A DNA stretch of 64,000 nt from Roseibacillus sp. (GCA_051251855.1 JBPOGI010000006.1:64001-128000); one strand, 5' to 3'. Positions 30,385 through 41,261 are shown, numbered from the stretch's first letter. Made by a program: numbers and translations. Notes: a model not told the origin generated them from the letters alone.

Positions 30385-31713
30385 TTAACCCAGCCAAGTG
30401 AGGAAGGACTTTTCGTCTGGCTCCATCGCGAGAGCGACTTTGGGCTCGTCGGCGAGACAGGCGAGGCGCTCGGGGACGATGGTGGTGCCGGCACCGAGTT
30501 CCTCTTCCATGGTGGGGAGAAACTTGGAGGGGTGGGCGGTGGCGAGAATGACTTTGGGGCCGGAGGTCTCGATGTCTTTGGCGGCGAGGTAGGCGACGGC
30601 GGTATGGGGGCACATCGCGTAATTGTATTTGTCCCAGACTTCGCGAATGGCTTGGCGAGTGACGGTATCGGTGTAGGCAAGGCCCTCAATGTGTGAGGAC
30701 ATTTCGGTGACGGCGTCAGCTTCGGTGACGCGCTCGGCATCGGGGTTGGCCGGACGAGCGAAGAGGTCGACCATGCGCGCGAAGTTGGAGGGAGCTCCCA
30801 CGTCCATGGCGTTGGAGATGGTGGCAACGCTGGGACGTGGTTGATATTGCCCGTTTTGGAGGTAGCGGGGGACGACGTCGTTGGCATTGGTAGCGGCCAC
30901 GAATTTTTCGATAGGTAAGCCTAGGCGATAAGCGAGGAGCCCTGCGGTGAGGTTGCCGAAGTTTCCGGAGGGGATGATGAAGGTGGGCTTGCTGCCTTCG
31001 GGGAGTTGGCGGGCGGCCTCGAAGTAATAGAAGGACTGGGGAATGAGACGCGAGATATTGATGGAGTTTGCCGAGGTTAGGTTGAGACGCTCGGAGAGGT
31101 CGCGGTCGGCGAAGGCGGCTTTGACGAGGCGTTGGCAGTCGTCGAAGGTGCCGCTAATTTCGAGGGCGGTGATGTTTCCGCCGAGGGTGGTGAGCTGTTT
31201 TTCCTGGAGGTCAGAGACGCCGCCTTTGGGATAAAGGATGATCACTTTGGTGCCGGGAACGTTGTGGAAAGCACTCGCTACCGCGCCGCCGGTGTCGCCG
31301 GACGTGGCCACGAGGACGGTGAGTTCGCGTCCGTCGTCTTTGGTCAAATAGCCCATCAGGCGTGCCATAAAGCGGGCGCCGAAATCTTTGAAGGCGAGAG
31401 TGGGACCGTGGAAAAGCTCGAGGACGGAGAGGTTGTTGGTGAGAGGGTGGAGGGGCGCGGGGAAGTTGATAGCCTCGTGGACGAGCGGCTGGAGATCTTC
31501 ATCGGGGATGGTCCCTTGCAAGATGTGTTTGGTGACTTGAAAGCCGAGTTCGCCGAGAGAGAGGTCGCGCCAGTTTTCCCAAAAGGAGTCCGGCAGAGGG
31601 GTGAGTTCCTCGGGCATGTAGAGGCCACGGTCGGCAGGGAGGGAGCGCAGAACGGCTTCCTTGAGAGGCTGTACGTTCTGGCGATTGTTGGTGGAATAAA
31701 ATTGAGTGGGCAT
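30385..31713 (-). CDS. thrC: Threonine synthase
   Basis: ELFHGPTLAFKDFG, ATSGDTG, SANSINISR, PSGNFGN, ATAHPSKF. Confidence 0.97.
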   Translation of the reverse strand: MPTQFYSTNNRQNVQPLKEAVLRSLPADRGLYMPEELTPLPDSFWENWRDLSLGELGFQVTKHILQGTIPDEDLQPLVHEAINFPAPLHPLTNNLSVLELFHGPTLAFKDFGARFMARLMGYLTKDDGRELTVLVATSGDTGGAVASAFHNVPGTKVIILYPKGGVSDLQEKQLTTLGGNITALEISGTFDDCQRLVKAAFADRDLSERLNLTSANSINISRLIPQSFYYFEAARQLPEGSKPTFIIPSGNFGNLTAGLLAYRLGLPIEKFVAATNANDVVPRYLQNGQYQPRPSVATISNAMDVGAPSNFARMVDLFARPANPDAERVTEADAVTEMSSHIEGLAYTDTVTRQAIREVWDKYNYAMCPHTAVAYLAAKDIETSGPKVILATAHPSKFLPTMEEELGAGTTIVPERLACLADEPKVALAMEPDEKSFLTWLG

Positions 31714-31971
31714 GGCTTTCCAGAGACCGGGCGGGGGTAGGCGGTAGCTTCGGATGACGCTTTTGGAGAGAAATTACAAGCGGGAAAGGCCTGTTGAAGG
31801 CTCGACGTTTGGCTTTCAGGGGTTCAATCCGCTTCGAGTAGTCGCCAACAATCTTCCGGGTTCAGGTGGCTTCCTGGCCAATTTTCGGAAAAACTCTGTG
31901 GTGATGAAGAAAGAAACCTTCTGCCCCAAGTGGAGCAGAAGGCTTTTTGGATTACCGTCGAAACTGTTCTT

Positions 31972-32805
31972 TTATTTTCGGCGATGTCTGAGGAGCAGAA
32001 GGCTGCTCAGTCCGAGTAAGAAGGCGGATGAAGGTTCTGGGATGGACTGCACGGAGCAGATATTACCTCCTCCAATTTCTTCGATAAACACGGCCTTCAC
32101 ATTGTTGTCGTCATCCCAGGAACCGGCGTGAGTGTTGTCATTGACGCCTAGGAAAAATCTCACTTCCACGGATTGACCGGGATCGAGAATGCCGGTGTCG
32201 ATGGCCCAGCTTGCGGTGGTAAGGGAGACGTTCCAACCGGGAACGTTGCTCGCGCCAAAGTCAGCATCTTGTTCGTCGATGGAATTGTAGGCTGCTTGGT
32301 TATTGGATGCGAGTCCCAGAGTGGTGAACGAAATTCCATTATCCACACTGTAGGCTGCAAGAATACTGAAGTCCATAGACCCAGAGGAGCCCGAGGAAAC
32401 TGCAGAACCGAAGGTGATGGAAATGGTGGAGTTGATGGAATTTCCAGAGTCATCCATGCCTGTGGAGAGGCAGTGATCGGCTCCTGGGGAGAGGACCATG
32501 CACATATAGTCGCTACTACTCACGGTAGGAGTGCCCGCGCTCATGGTGCTGGGATTGTAGACGCGCGATGATGCTCCTCCCTGAACAGGGGACCATCCGG
32601 CATATCCGGCACCGGCATCAATACCGCCCTCTTCGCACAAGGCGCCGATGGAGAGTGGGCAGGAAGGATCGGCATCAGGGGATAAGGAGCCGCCACACGA
32701 AAAATTGACATCACAACAAATGGTTGTGGCGTGGGCCCCTGCTGCCAGTGCTCCAAGGAGGGATAGAGTGGCGAAGGGGCGGTTGGCGAGTTGTTTGGTT
32801 TTCAT
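31972..32805 (-). CDS. Cys-rich PEP-CTERM protein
   Basis: Signal peptide from ATG 32805; C-terminal IPEPSSAFLLGLSSLLLLRHRRK. Confidence 0.9.
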   Translation of the reverse strand: MKTKQLANRPFATLSLLGALAAGAHATTICCDVNFSCGGSLSPDADPSCPLSIGALCEEGGIDAGAGYAGWSPVQGGASSRVYNPSTMSAGTPTVSSSDYMCMVLSPGADHCLSTGMDDSGNSINSTISITFGSAVSSGSSGSMDFSILAAYSVDNGISFTTLGLASNNQAAYNSIDEQDADFGASNVPGWNVSLTTASWAIDTGILDPGQSVEVRFFLGVNDNTHAGSWDDDNNVKAVFIEEIGGGNICSVQSIPEPSSAFLLGLSSLLLLRHRRK

Positions 32806-32874
32806 CGAATTCTGTAGATTGGATTGACTGATATGAGGTGGGAGTCTGTTTTCTTGCTCCCGCCTACCTAACTG

Positions 32875-32902
32875 TTGGGAAACAGCTTTATCATCGGACA
32901 AA
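32875..32902 (-). promoter_or_regulatory. Putative ECF promoter TTTGTCCG-N16-CCAA (copy 1)
   Basis: Same motif and spacing at 33760 and 41234. Confidence 0.65.
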
Positions 32903-32922
32903 CTTTTCTTCCGAAGTGACTT

Positions 32923-33699
32923 CTATCTTCTTGATGGGCAGTTGCGCTTTCGACGAACGAGCAGGCTCATACTAGAGAGGGCGAGTAGGAGTGCGGAACT
33001 TGGTTCCGGGATGGCTTCCAAGTTTAGGCTGCCGGAGATGGTGGAAAGATTGAGGTTCGGAGAGGGGTCGCTTGGATCAGACGGCGTCGAAGGAGAATTG
33101 GTGAAGGACATTGACCATCCGACTGCGTTGCCCTCCCCTTCTACAGTGGGGACTTTGAACTGGGCACCACTTGAGGTGAGAAAAGCATTGGCTTCCCCGC
33201 TTCCGCTGTCCCCGGGAACCAGGGGATTGCCGCTCATTGCGGTATTGCTGCCATAACCTGCACTTCCCGATTCAAAAATGGTGTTGTTGGTCTCAAAGTA
33301 GAACTCCGATCCCGCAGTATCGCCTACATAAAGTGAAATTTCGTCGGCTTTGGATTCCTCTCCTGAGGAGCTGTCGGCGGCAGATGCGAGATAGACGATT
33401 TCAAATTCAGACGCGATGTTGATATCGTAGAGGAACGTGAAGTTGGTGAATGATTGAAAGTTGATGCTGACATTGGGAACATTGGTTGATGTTAGGGTCA
33501 GAGTTCCCGCGTAAGCCCCGTCCGTGACGTCCCAGACGACAATGCCGGCGCTCGGACTAGATTGCCCCATATTGAGCATGTAGGTGGTGGCATGAAGAGG
33601 GGAGGCCCCACAGCTGATGAGCAATGCCCCCGCGAGGGAAGTGAGGTGATAGGGAGTTTTAGCTGGGTTGAGCGCGGAACGGAATTGACGGCTTTTCAT
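32923..33699 (-). CDS. PEP-CTERM protein
   Basis: Signal peptide ending LHA; C-terminal IPEPSSALLLALSSMSLLVRRKR. Confidence 0.9.
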   Translation of the reverse strand: MKSRQFRSALNPAKTPYHLTSLAGALLISCGASPLHATTYMLNMGQSSPSAGIVVWDVTDGAYAGTLTLTSTNVPNVSINFQSFTNFTFLYDINIASEFEIVYLASAADSSSGEESKADEISLYVGDTAGSEFYFETNNTIFESGSAGYGSNTAMSGNPLVPGDSGSGEANAFLTSSGAQFKVPTVEGEGNAVGWSMSFTNSPSTPSDPSDPSPNLNLSTISGSLNLEAIPEPSSALLLALSSMSLLVRRKRNCPSRR

Positions 33700-33759
33700 G
33701 GTGGTTATGCGGTTTGGATTCGCGAAAGGCTATTTGTGTAAGCGCCTTCCACGTATCTG

Positions 33760-33787
33760 TTGGAAAGCCATCCAAATACCGGACAAA
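33760..33787 (-). promoter_or_regulatory. Putative ECF promoter TTTGTCCG-N16-CCAA (copy 2)
   Basis: Same motif and spacing at 32875 and 41234. Confidence 0.65.
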
Positions 33788-33867
33788 GTTTTTCCGCATT
33801 CCTGCGGAATGAGCTGTGGGGGCCTAGGCGGTCCCAAGGTGATGATCAGGCCAGGGAGAAGCCTTCA

Positions 33868-34620
33868 CTATCGGGCCAAAAGCGAGCGCTGGAGCTGTTG
33901 CATTTCCTCTTGGATAGAATCGGGGGTGGGATTCTCGAGGGTGCCGGCGATGAGGTCTTTCACGGTTTGGCGAAAGCTTTGTCGCAGGCGTTGGATGGCT
34001 TTGTCGCAGCCATCGGCGGTGAGCCCGAGCTCGCGGCAGGCCTCTTCTCGGGAGTAGTCGAGACAGCCATCAGGAGAGAGAAAGCTTCTTAGAATGGCGA
34101 AGCGTTCGGAGCTTTTGGGGGTGCGGGCGGCGTCTTCCTCGAGGTGTTGCAAGGCCGAACGCATGATGGTTTGTGCCCAGTGGCGCTCAAAGCCAAGGGT
34201 GCTGGTTTCTTCTCGGGTTTCCTCGGCCTGGAGCCATTCTTCGGCTTGGTCGGCATCCAGGGAGAGGACCGTTTGGCCGCCACCGCGTTTGAGTGCGGTT
34301 CTTTGGACGGCGAGGTCCTTGAGGTAGCGGGTGAATCCGGTGAGGAGAAAGGTGCGAAGCTTGCCTCTTTCTTTTTCTGCCTTTTCAAAGTAATCGGCGC
34401 TTCCTACCGAAGCGAAAAAACCCTGCACCGCATCTTCGGCATCGGGCTGAGAGATTCCGCGATGTCGAGCAAAGGCGTAGAGTGGAAACCAGTAGCTTTC
34501 GCAGATGCGCCCCCAGCTTTCTTTTCGGCGTGCGTCGTTGTCGGATGCTCGTAAGCTGAGCATCAGGGTCCAACATGTAGTCGGAAAGGCCGCGTGGGAG
34601 CGTTGTCCGGAAGGGTTCAT
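33868..34620 (-). CDS. ECF sigma factor (Ser/Thr-kinase-associated type)
   Basis: FPTTCW, YWFPLYAFAR, DAEDAVQGFF, GKLRTFLL, KRGGG, FERHWA. Confidence 0.88.
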   Translation of the reverse strand: MNPSGQRSHAAFPTTCWTLMLSLRASDNDARRKESWGRICESYWFPLYAFARHRGISQPDAEDAVQGFFASVGSADYFEKAEKERGKLRTFLLTGFTRYLKDLAVQRTALKRGGGQTVLSLDADQAEEWLQAEETREETSTLGFERHWAQTIMRSALQHLEEDAARTPKSSERFAILRSFLSPDGCLDYSREEACRELGLTADGCDKAIQRLRQSFRQTVKDLIAGTLENPTPDSIQEEMQQLQRSLLAR

Positions 34621-34665
34621 CGAGAGAGGTTCAAGAATGCACTCTCAAGACCGAGAAAGCGATTC

Positions 34666-35025
34666 TCAATTCTTGTATTGGCTATCTGAGCCACTGCCGG
34701 AGCCATCGCTACTGGACCCGCCGCCACCGCCCATGATGCTGTCGGAGATGTTGTAGTAGTTGTTGAGAAGTTCTACCAGCTTGTCGTCGAGTGACTGATA
34801 CTTGGGGCTGGCTCGTAAGGCCTCAATTGCTTCTAGAAGGGTGACCACGTGGACTTCGAGTGCAGACTTCAGGCTGGTGTCTGGATCACCCGATTGGCCG
34901 GATTCCAAAAGTGCCTTTCGCACTGAGGTGAGGTTGTTGACGGCATCGGCAACTTCGGCGTCGCCGGCGAATGTTTGTTCAACTGCGTTGCAGCAACCAA
35001 TGAAGGTGTAGTAGTTTTCGTTCAT
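34666..35025 (-). CDS. Small hypothetical protein with Gly/Ser-rich tail
   Basis: 119-aa ORF inside the operon; ends MGGGGGSSSDGSGSGSDSQYKN. Confidence 0.65.
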   Translation of the reverse strand: MNENYYTFIGCCNAVEQTFAGDAEVADAVNNLTSVRKALLESGQSGDPDTSLKSALEVHVVTLLEAIEALRASPKYQSLDDKLVELLNNYYNISDSIMGGGGGSSSDGSGSGSDSQYKN

Positions 35026-35049
35026 GTTATCTATTTTGTGTTGTTATTT

Positions 35050-36021
35050 CTATTGTCTGGAGAATGGGTGGTCGAACAATCCGTTTGCAGGGTAGTCGGC
35101 AAGGTCAGAGATTCGGTGGTCTTGGGAGTGGCAGAGGTGAGAGCCTGCAGGCCAAACACGGACCACTTCTTCTTGAGAAAAGCTGCGAGCGTCGAAGGCC
35201 GGGATGCGTCCTTGTTGCCACGCTTCATAGGCGGTGCGTCGAAACCATTGGGCAAGTTCGAGGGTACTGGGAGAGGTGGGAGGCTGTGCAAGATACAGGG
35301 AGGGAGGGCTTTCTGTTTCTGAATCCGAGAGGCGGATGAAGGGGAGCTTCCAAAAATCGAGGCCGAGTGGCCACCAGCGTCGCCGAAAGGTTCCTTCGAC
35401 GATACTGGACTCTCCTTCTTCCTGTCCCGCAAGCCACCAAGTGGGAGCATAGGCTGACCAATCGCCGTTCTTTTGATGAACGCTGTATTGGTGGTCGACG
35501 TGCCAGCCTGGGTTTTTGCGGTATTCGCTGTCATCCTTGATGAGTTCGATGAGTTTTTCGAAGAGCGTTCCTCGCACCGCATAGGCATGAGTGCGACCGA
35601 TACCGTTGCTTTTGAGGAGGAGAGGGGTGTTCGCTGGCTTGGGTTTGTTTAGGAACTCACCGCCAAGAAAGAATTGTCCCCAGTCATCAGGTAAAACGGG
35701 CATGAGAGTGTCGAGCCACTCGCTGGCTCGCGGGTGAAAGGTGACGTCGTCTTCGAGGATGAGGACGGAGTCGAGTTTGTCTTGGTGCGCTTGTTGAATG
35801 ACGTTCAGGTGCGAGAAGCGGCAGCCCCAGGCTCCGGGTCCCTGAGTCCACCACGACGGCGGAGGTGACTTACGACCATCTACACCCTCGACCCAGGTGA
35901 GGTCGTCAGGAGTTGCGAGCTGATGAGCTGTTAGATTTTTCACCAAACGTGACCGTCTGTCTTCTCGTTCGGGTAACGAGATGACGGCGATACGTTCGAA
36001 ATGGTCGAGGAGAGGGCTCAT
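35050..36021 (-). CDS. Glycosyltransferase family 25-like
   Basis: VISLPEREDRR, GVDG, GAWGCRFSH, LILEDD, THAYAV. Confidence 0.85.
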   Translation of the reverse strand: MSPLLDHFERIAVISLPEREDRRSRLVKNLTAHQLATPDDLTWVEGVDGRKSPPPSWWTQGPGAWGCRFSHLNVIQQAHQDKLDSVLILEDDVTFHPRASEWLDTLMPVLPDDWGQFFLGGEFLNKPKPANTPLLLKSNGIGRTHAYAVRGTLFEKLIELIKDDSEYRKNPGWHVDHQYSVHQKNGDWSAYAPTWWLAGQEEGESSIVEGTFRRRWWPLGLDFWKLPFIRLSDSETESPPSLYLAQPPTSPSTLELAQWFRRTAYEAWQQGRIPAFDARSFSQEEVVRVWPAGSHLCHSQDHRISDLADYPANGLFDHPFSRQ

Positions 36022-38141
36022 GGTTTGGGAGTGGTGATGGTAAGGCTGGTTTGGTCGACATAGCCTATGTCACCTTTGAGCGAGCTGTTTGTGAATTGAA
36101 GCTCTGACCCGATCCAGGCGGTGCCTTTCGGAATTTTTCCGGTGAAGTTCACTTGCTCCCACGTTCCTGGGTTTCCATCAAGCACGATGCTCTTCGATTT
36201 TACGGGACCAGCTTGAGCGCCCCACCCTGTGGTGAAAAAGTGAATTGTCCAGCCGCCGGTGGCACCGCTTACTTTGGAGTTGAGCAAGGCTCTTAGGTTG
36301 AAGGTAGTGTCTCCAGTGGCAATCTCTGAGGAGTATTCTGCCAAGTTCGTGATTTGAATCGCTTGAGAATGGCTGCCTCCAGTGGCGATGAGTCCGAACA
36401 TTTTTGAGCCAAGGGGATTGATGGAATCAGTCGATTGCGAGAATCTTCCTCGTTCAGCACCCCACTTTCGAGGGTTCACTGAGAAGTCGTCCACGACTCC
36501 GCCGAAAGAGGGAAGACTTGATTGGAGCTCGAAGTCGGGATTGGAGAGTAAGTTTGCACTCGTTGTCGTCTGACTGGGGGTGGCATCCACAGCAATATCG
36601 GTGACCGCTGTTGCTGCTTCTACTGCTTCGGACTCAGTAGCTTCAGCGGGCTCTTTGTGGCTGAATCCTGAGTCTTCAGTTTCACCGACATTGCTCGTGG
36701 GGTGGCTAGGAGAGGGGGTGTCCGAAAGGGCGACCCAGATTCCCGCAGGAATTCCGGCAGCAACGGCTGTGGTGAGTGCTATTTTTTTTAATCGATTTGG
36801 CTTAGGTTTTGCAGGAGTTGGATTGGGCTGGTTGTTAGAGGGAGGTTTTGATTCGGGGTGCGGGTCTTCGTCTGGTCCAAGATGGCCGTGGGGCTTGCCA
36901 TCTTGGGTAAGGTAAACGGAGAGGGGGTCTCCACTTACAGGATGGGGAGCGGTGAATTCTTTGACCGGCCAATAAGGTAAAACAGCTGCCGCAGATGGCT
37001 GCCAAACGAGATTCTTCGTATTAGGGGTGAGGTCTGAGGGTTGAAACTTGGCAGTGGTTCCATCAGGCAATGAGACTGGCTCTTGCGAAGCTTGTTGAGA
37101 GTCTTGTTGGGTAGGAAGGATCGGGGTTTGCCAGTCTTCTAACAGTGAGACTTCTCGCAGGGCCAGTGTCTGGGCATCTAGCATGGCCCAGGCTCCCTTG
37201 GGCGCTTTGGGATCTTGAGGGATAAGTGGGACGAGGTAGAAGTCGTCGCGAGAGTCTTCGGGGTCTTTGACGAGAATCGGATCGCCTGCGCGTGCGTTGA
37301 CGAGGGCTTGGTCCCACTCCGGTGGCGAGTCTTCGCGCCCAGTGAGACCAGAGTCCCGCACGGCGGCTAGGGCGGCTTCGCCTGCATTTTCGAGCGCGTT
37401 GGCAACTGGTGCACCAACGGCTCCGACTCCAGCAACCATGGAGGCTGGTAGTCGGGCCGCTGCTCCCTGGGTTCCTTCGGGAATGAGGGCAATAGCCCCT
37501 TTACCTTCCCAGTCCAATGAGCCCTGCAGGCCGCGATGGCTGAGTAGTTCCTCCATCGTAAAGAATCGTTCGTTGACCTTTCCGGTGCGCTTGTTTTCCT
37601 TGGAGTCGGTAGCTTCCAAACAAGAGCAGGGTGAGTTGCAATGCGTGATGGTAGGCTCATCGGGGAAAATGGAGAGACCGTAGAATCGAGGCATACCGGC
37701 CCAGGCGGGGTCGCGCATGAGGAGCCCAGAGGGAGAACCGTCTTCTTTCTTAAGAAAGCCAAAGGCAACTACCCAGTGCATCCCGCGATTGATCATGATC
37801 ATACAAGGCTGACCTTGACCTGCGATGGCTTCCAAAATGGCCTCTGCTACGGGAGCGGATTCTGTTTGGTAGACTTTCTCCCATTGTGTTGCTCCGTCAG
37901 CGTGATTGTTGATGAGGCTGAGGAGACTTTCGGCGGGGGATTTGATGGGTCGTTTGTCGGAAGCCTGCTTGGCATGGCTTCTGATTTCTCGAAAGAAGTC
38001 GTTTTGGGCAAAAACGGGAGGTGATTTTTTACTGCCTGCAAAGTCCACGACCATTAGGGCGCAGGCGGGTCCGCAGTAGCCGTTGAAGTCTTGTAAATGG
38101 CGAGGGACGTCGATACGGATTGCGTGTTGTTCGTTGCTCAT
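36018..38141 (-). CDS. C39-like papain-fold peptidase with TM segment and C-terminal carbohydrate-binding-like domain
   Basis: Q....YCGPACALM, HWVVAFG, RDP catalytic pattern; TM near residue 460; NLLSNPDFE. Confidence 0.7.
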   Translation of the reverse strand: MSNEQHAIRIDVPRHLQDFNGYCGPACALMVVDFAGSKKSPPVFAQNDFFREIRSHAKQASDKRPIKSPAESLLSLINNHADGATQWEKVYQTESAPVAEAILEAIAGQGQPCMIMINRGMHWVVAFGFLKKEDGSPSGLLMRDPAWAGMPRFYGLSIFPDEPTITHCNSPCSCLEATDSKENKRTGKVNERFFTMEELLSHRGLQGSLDWEGKGAIALIPEGTQGAAARLPASMVAGVGAVGAPVANALENAGEAALAAVRDSGLTGREDSPPEWDQALVNARAGDPILVKDPEDSRDDFYLVPLIPQDPKAPKGAWAMLDAQTLALREVSLLEDWQTPILPTQQDSQQASQEPVSLPDGTTAKFQPSDLTPNTKNLVWQPSAAAVLPYWPVKEFTAPHPVSGDPLSVYLTQDGKPHGHLGPDEDPHPESKPPSNNQPNPTPAKPKPNRLKKIALTTAVAAGIPAGIWVALSDTPSPSHPTSNVGETEDSGFSHKEPAEATESEAVEAATAVTDIAVDATPSQTTTSANLLSNPDFELQSSLPSFGGVVDDFSVNPRKWGAERGRFSQSTDSINPLGSKMFGLIATGGSHSQAIQITNLAEYSSEIATGDTTFNLRALLNSKVSGATGGWTIHFFTTGWGAQAGPVKSKSIVLDGNPGTWEQVNFTGKIPKGTAWIGSELQFTNSSLKGDIGYVDQTSLTITTPKP

Positions 38142-40949
38142 TGTTGTTCTTTCGTCGTTGGATTTCGCAGAGCCTGATACTGTTTTCGGAAGCTGCCGTC
38201 GCTTTGTTGATGGGCTGCTTTAATTATTTTGTATGTTTCGGATCGTTCTTCTGGGGTGAGCTTTGAGAGCGATGCTAATATGATGCGAGAGAGATGGGCG
38301 TCGTTGGTGTCGGTTTGTCCATGGGTGCGGTCTCCTGAAGCGATAATCAGGTGGTGAAGGAGCTCCAAGCGGTTCGGGGGCTCGAGTTTTCGGTAGCTAA
38401 GAAGTTCCTCGGCTTGGGTGATGGCTTGGAGGAGATGTTGGTTGGCTTGTGCTTCGGCTTCGTTGGTGCCGAGGCGTGCGAGTTGTCTCCAGGTAAAGCT
38501 TTGGAGGAGGTGCCACCAGGCGACGCGTTCGGGGTTTGTAGCCTGGGCTTGGCGCTCATTGGTGATGGTTGTGTTGAACTCCTGCAGCCAGAGGATAGCA
38601 GCCTGCTCGCCTTCGTTTTTGATAATGAATTTGGTAAAAAATCGAATCAATCGTCGGAGTTGATGGAAGTCTTCGACCTGACCTGTTTGACGGGCTACAG
38701 CAACTCCCAAGCGAATGGCTTCCGCGAAGTGCGGCCGCTGCCAGCTCCAGCCGCGACTGGCCCCCGCATCGAAGCAAAAGAGGTGGGCGTTGCTACGTAC
38801 AGTGAGGGAATCAATTTCAGTGGTCCGTATATCTTGGAGTCGATAGAGGCGCTCGCTTGCGCGACCAATCCATTGTTCACTAGCAGCTGCGTCTCCTCTT
38901 TCTTTGGCGAGTCGGGCAAGAATGACCGCGATGAAGACAGAGTTACTACCCCACTTCAGATTCCCCGGGTCCTGGGCGTATATTTGTTGGCTTCTTTGGT
39001 CGGAAGTGCGGAGGTCGTTGGTAATTTGAATGGGATCGCCTCGTTTTTCTTCCAGGTAGAATCTCCCGCGGACGAGTTGGGCGGTAAAGTGTTCGCTGAC
39101 GAAGGTGAGATTTCCCGGGTCTTCCTCGATGAGGTCAGCCGTCTTTTTGATATAGTCGGAGATGGCTTCTTCTCGCTCGTTGGTATTCTCGAACTCTAGG
39201 TGCACCAGGTTGATGAAGAAGGGGACCCGTGCGACTTCGACCTTAAAGGATTGCGTTTGAGCATTCGAGGGGGCTGCGTCGAGAAGAGCTTCGAAATCTT
39301 GCCAGAGTTGCTCGGTCTTGGTGATGAGTTGGAGGGCAGGCTTGGTTTGGCTGGTTTTCGTGTAGAGAATGACGATCTCGAGACTGAGGCCGGCCTCTAA
39401 GTGAGAGAGCTGGAGGTCGTTTGGGAAGCGGCCTTGCTCCTTCTTGAGAAAAGTGTTGGTTTCGAAGAGGATCTTTTCAGCTTTGGAAAAATTCTGGTCT
39501 TCGATGAGGACTTCTCCCAAGCGCCATCCGGCAGAGGCGCGAGCTCGCACGATGGGAAGAGGGAGAGGAGGCCTGCTTTCGATACACGCTTGTTTCGCGA
39601 GTTGGTGAGCCTTCTGCAGGTGGGCGAGCGATTCGTCGGTGAGGGCTCTTGGTCGCAAAATTTGAGCCCACTGAGTTTGGAAGTCAGCATGGCGGGCGAG
39701 GTTGGCGGGGTCGGTTCGTGCGGGGTTTTGATAGTGCTTGGCGACGTCTTCGAAGACGCTGTCGAGGACTTCGAGCCTACCGAGAGGAGCGACTTGCGCC
39801 GGTAGGTCGCGCACCATGAAGTCGACCCTTTGTTCGGCGTCGTCGAGGGCATGGGTGAGCTCGCGGTTTTTAATCGAAAGGAGGGTGCTGCCGATGGCAA
39901 GACTGGCGAGAAGGAGGAGGGAGAGAATGGCGAGGGCGGGGTTCCGCTTGGCCCAGAGCCAGATTTGCTCGGGGGTGCTGATGGGGCGCGCGAGGATGGG
40001 CCGGCCGTCTAGCCATCTTTGCAAGTCTTCGCGAAAGGCCTTGGCGGAATGGTAGCGGGTTGCCGGTTCGCGCGACATGGCCTTGAGGACGACGACTTCT
40101 AGATCGCGGGGAATTTTATCTGCGATTCGGCGAGGAGGGGGCGGGCTTCCGCTGATGATTTTGGTGAGAACCTCGTTCGCGCTCTCGCCTTCGTAGGGTC
40201 GATGACCGGTGAGCAGTTCGTAGAGGATGGCTCCCAGTCCATAGACGTCGCTGGAGGTGGTGGTGAGCTTGGAACCGCCTTCGGCTGCTTCGGGAGCGAG
40301 ATAGGCCGGTGAACCTAAAAGGTAGGAGGTTTGCGAGATGCCTCCGTCTTCTTCAGCCCATTTGGCGAGGCCAAAGTCGGCGATGTAGGGGTTTTCTTTT
40401 TCGTCGAAGAGGATGTTAGCTGGCTTGAGGTCGCGGTGGAGGATGCCATGCTCGTGGGCATAGGCGATGGCTTCGCAAAGAGTGGTCATCAGGGCAACGC
40501 TCTTGCGCCAGTGGCCGAAGTATTGGGTAAGGTTGTCGGCAAGGGAGCCGCCGCGGACCAATTGCATGGTCAGCCAGGGGCGTCCGAAATCATCTTCGCC
40601 GGACTGATAGAGGGGTAGGACGGAGGGATGCTCGATGGTGGCCATGGCCTCCACTTCGACGAGGAAGCGTTGACGTGCCTCTTCGGCGCGGAGGGAGTAG
40701 GGCGCCACAATTTTGAGGGCGACTTCGCGGGAGGGGCTTTCCTGTTGTGCGCGGTAGACCAGTCCCATGCCCCCTTGTCCAATTTCTTCGAAGACCTGAT
40801 GTCCAGGGATAGTGGGGGGGGGCGGTTTGGTTTTCTCGATCGCGGCTCTCGTCGCTCATTAAGCCTGACCACAAGCAGGCGGGGCAGATCCCTTCCAAGG
40901 CCCCAGCGTCAAGCGGGGAGTCGCAGGTTTGGCAGCGAGAGTTAGGCAA
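38138..40949 (-). pseudogene. Membrane Ser/Thr protein kinase with helical-repeat C-terminus, frameshifted at G9 tract 40814-40822
   Basis: Zn ribbon CQTC..CPACL (from 40949) is out of frame with the kinase (EIGQGGMG, VALK, HRDLKPAN, DFG, YLAPE); deleting one base fuses them. Confidence 0.85.
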
Positions 40950-41233
40950 TGACGAGGTCTACATAGGAGGTTATCGAAAAAAGAAGTGAGGGTATCAGTA
41001 GCAGAAGACGTTCGATCTCCCAGCAAGAAGTCTCAGGAGTGTTGAGTGGAAGAAACGAGGTGCCCTTTCTTCGCAGAAAAGACACCCCGTACACACGGAC
41101 AGAGTTACTTGCTAGCCTCCAAGAGGAAGTGGTCGGGATTTGCTCAGGAGCGCAAAGGCACCGGGGCCATTTGATAGGTTTTTCATTTCTTCTCGGAGGA
41201 AGTTAGTGGGAAGAGTTCCCTTCACTTTCCTTC

Positions 41234-41261
41234 TTGGGAAGAATGAGCGCGACCGGACAAA
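41234..41261 (-). promoter_or_regulatory. Putative ECF promoter TTTGTCCG-N16-CCAA (copy 3)
   Basis: Same motif and spacing at 32875 and 33760. Confidence 0.65.

Noticed and set aside
29347..30696. 449-aa plus-strand ORF
   Set aside because: Antisense to the M42 peptidase and thrC; no recognisable motifs
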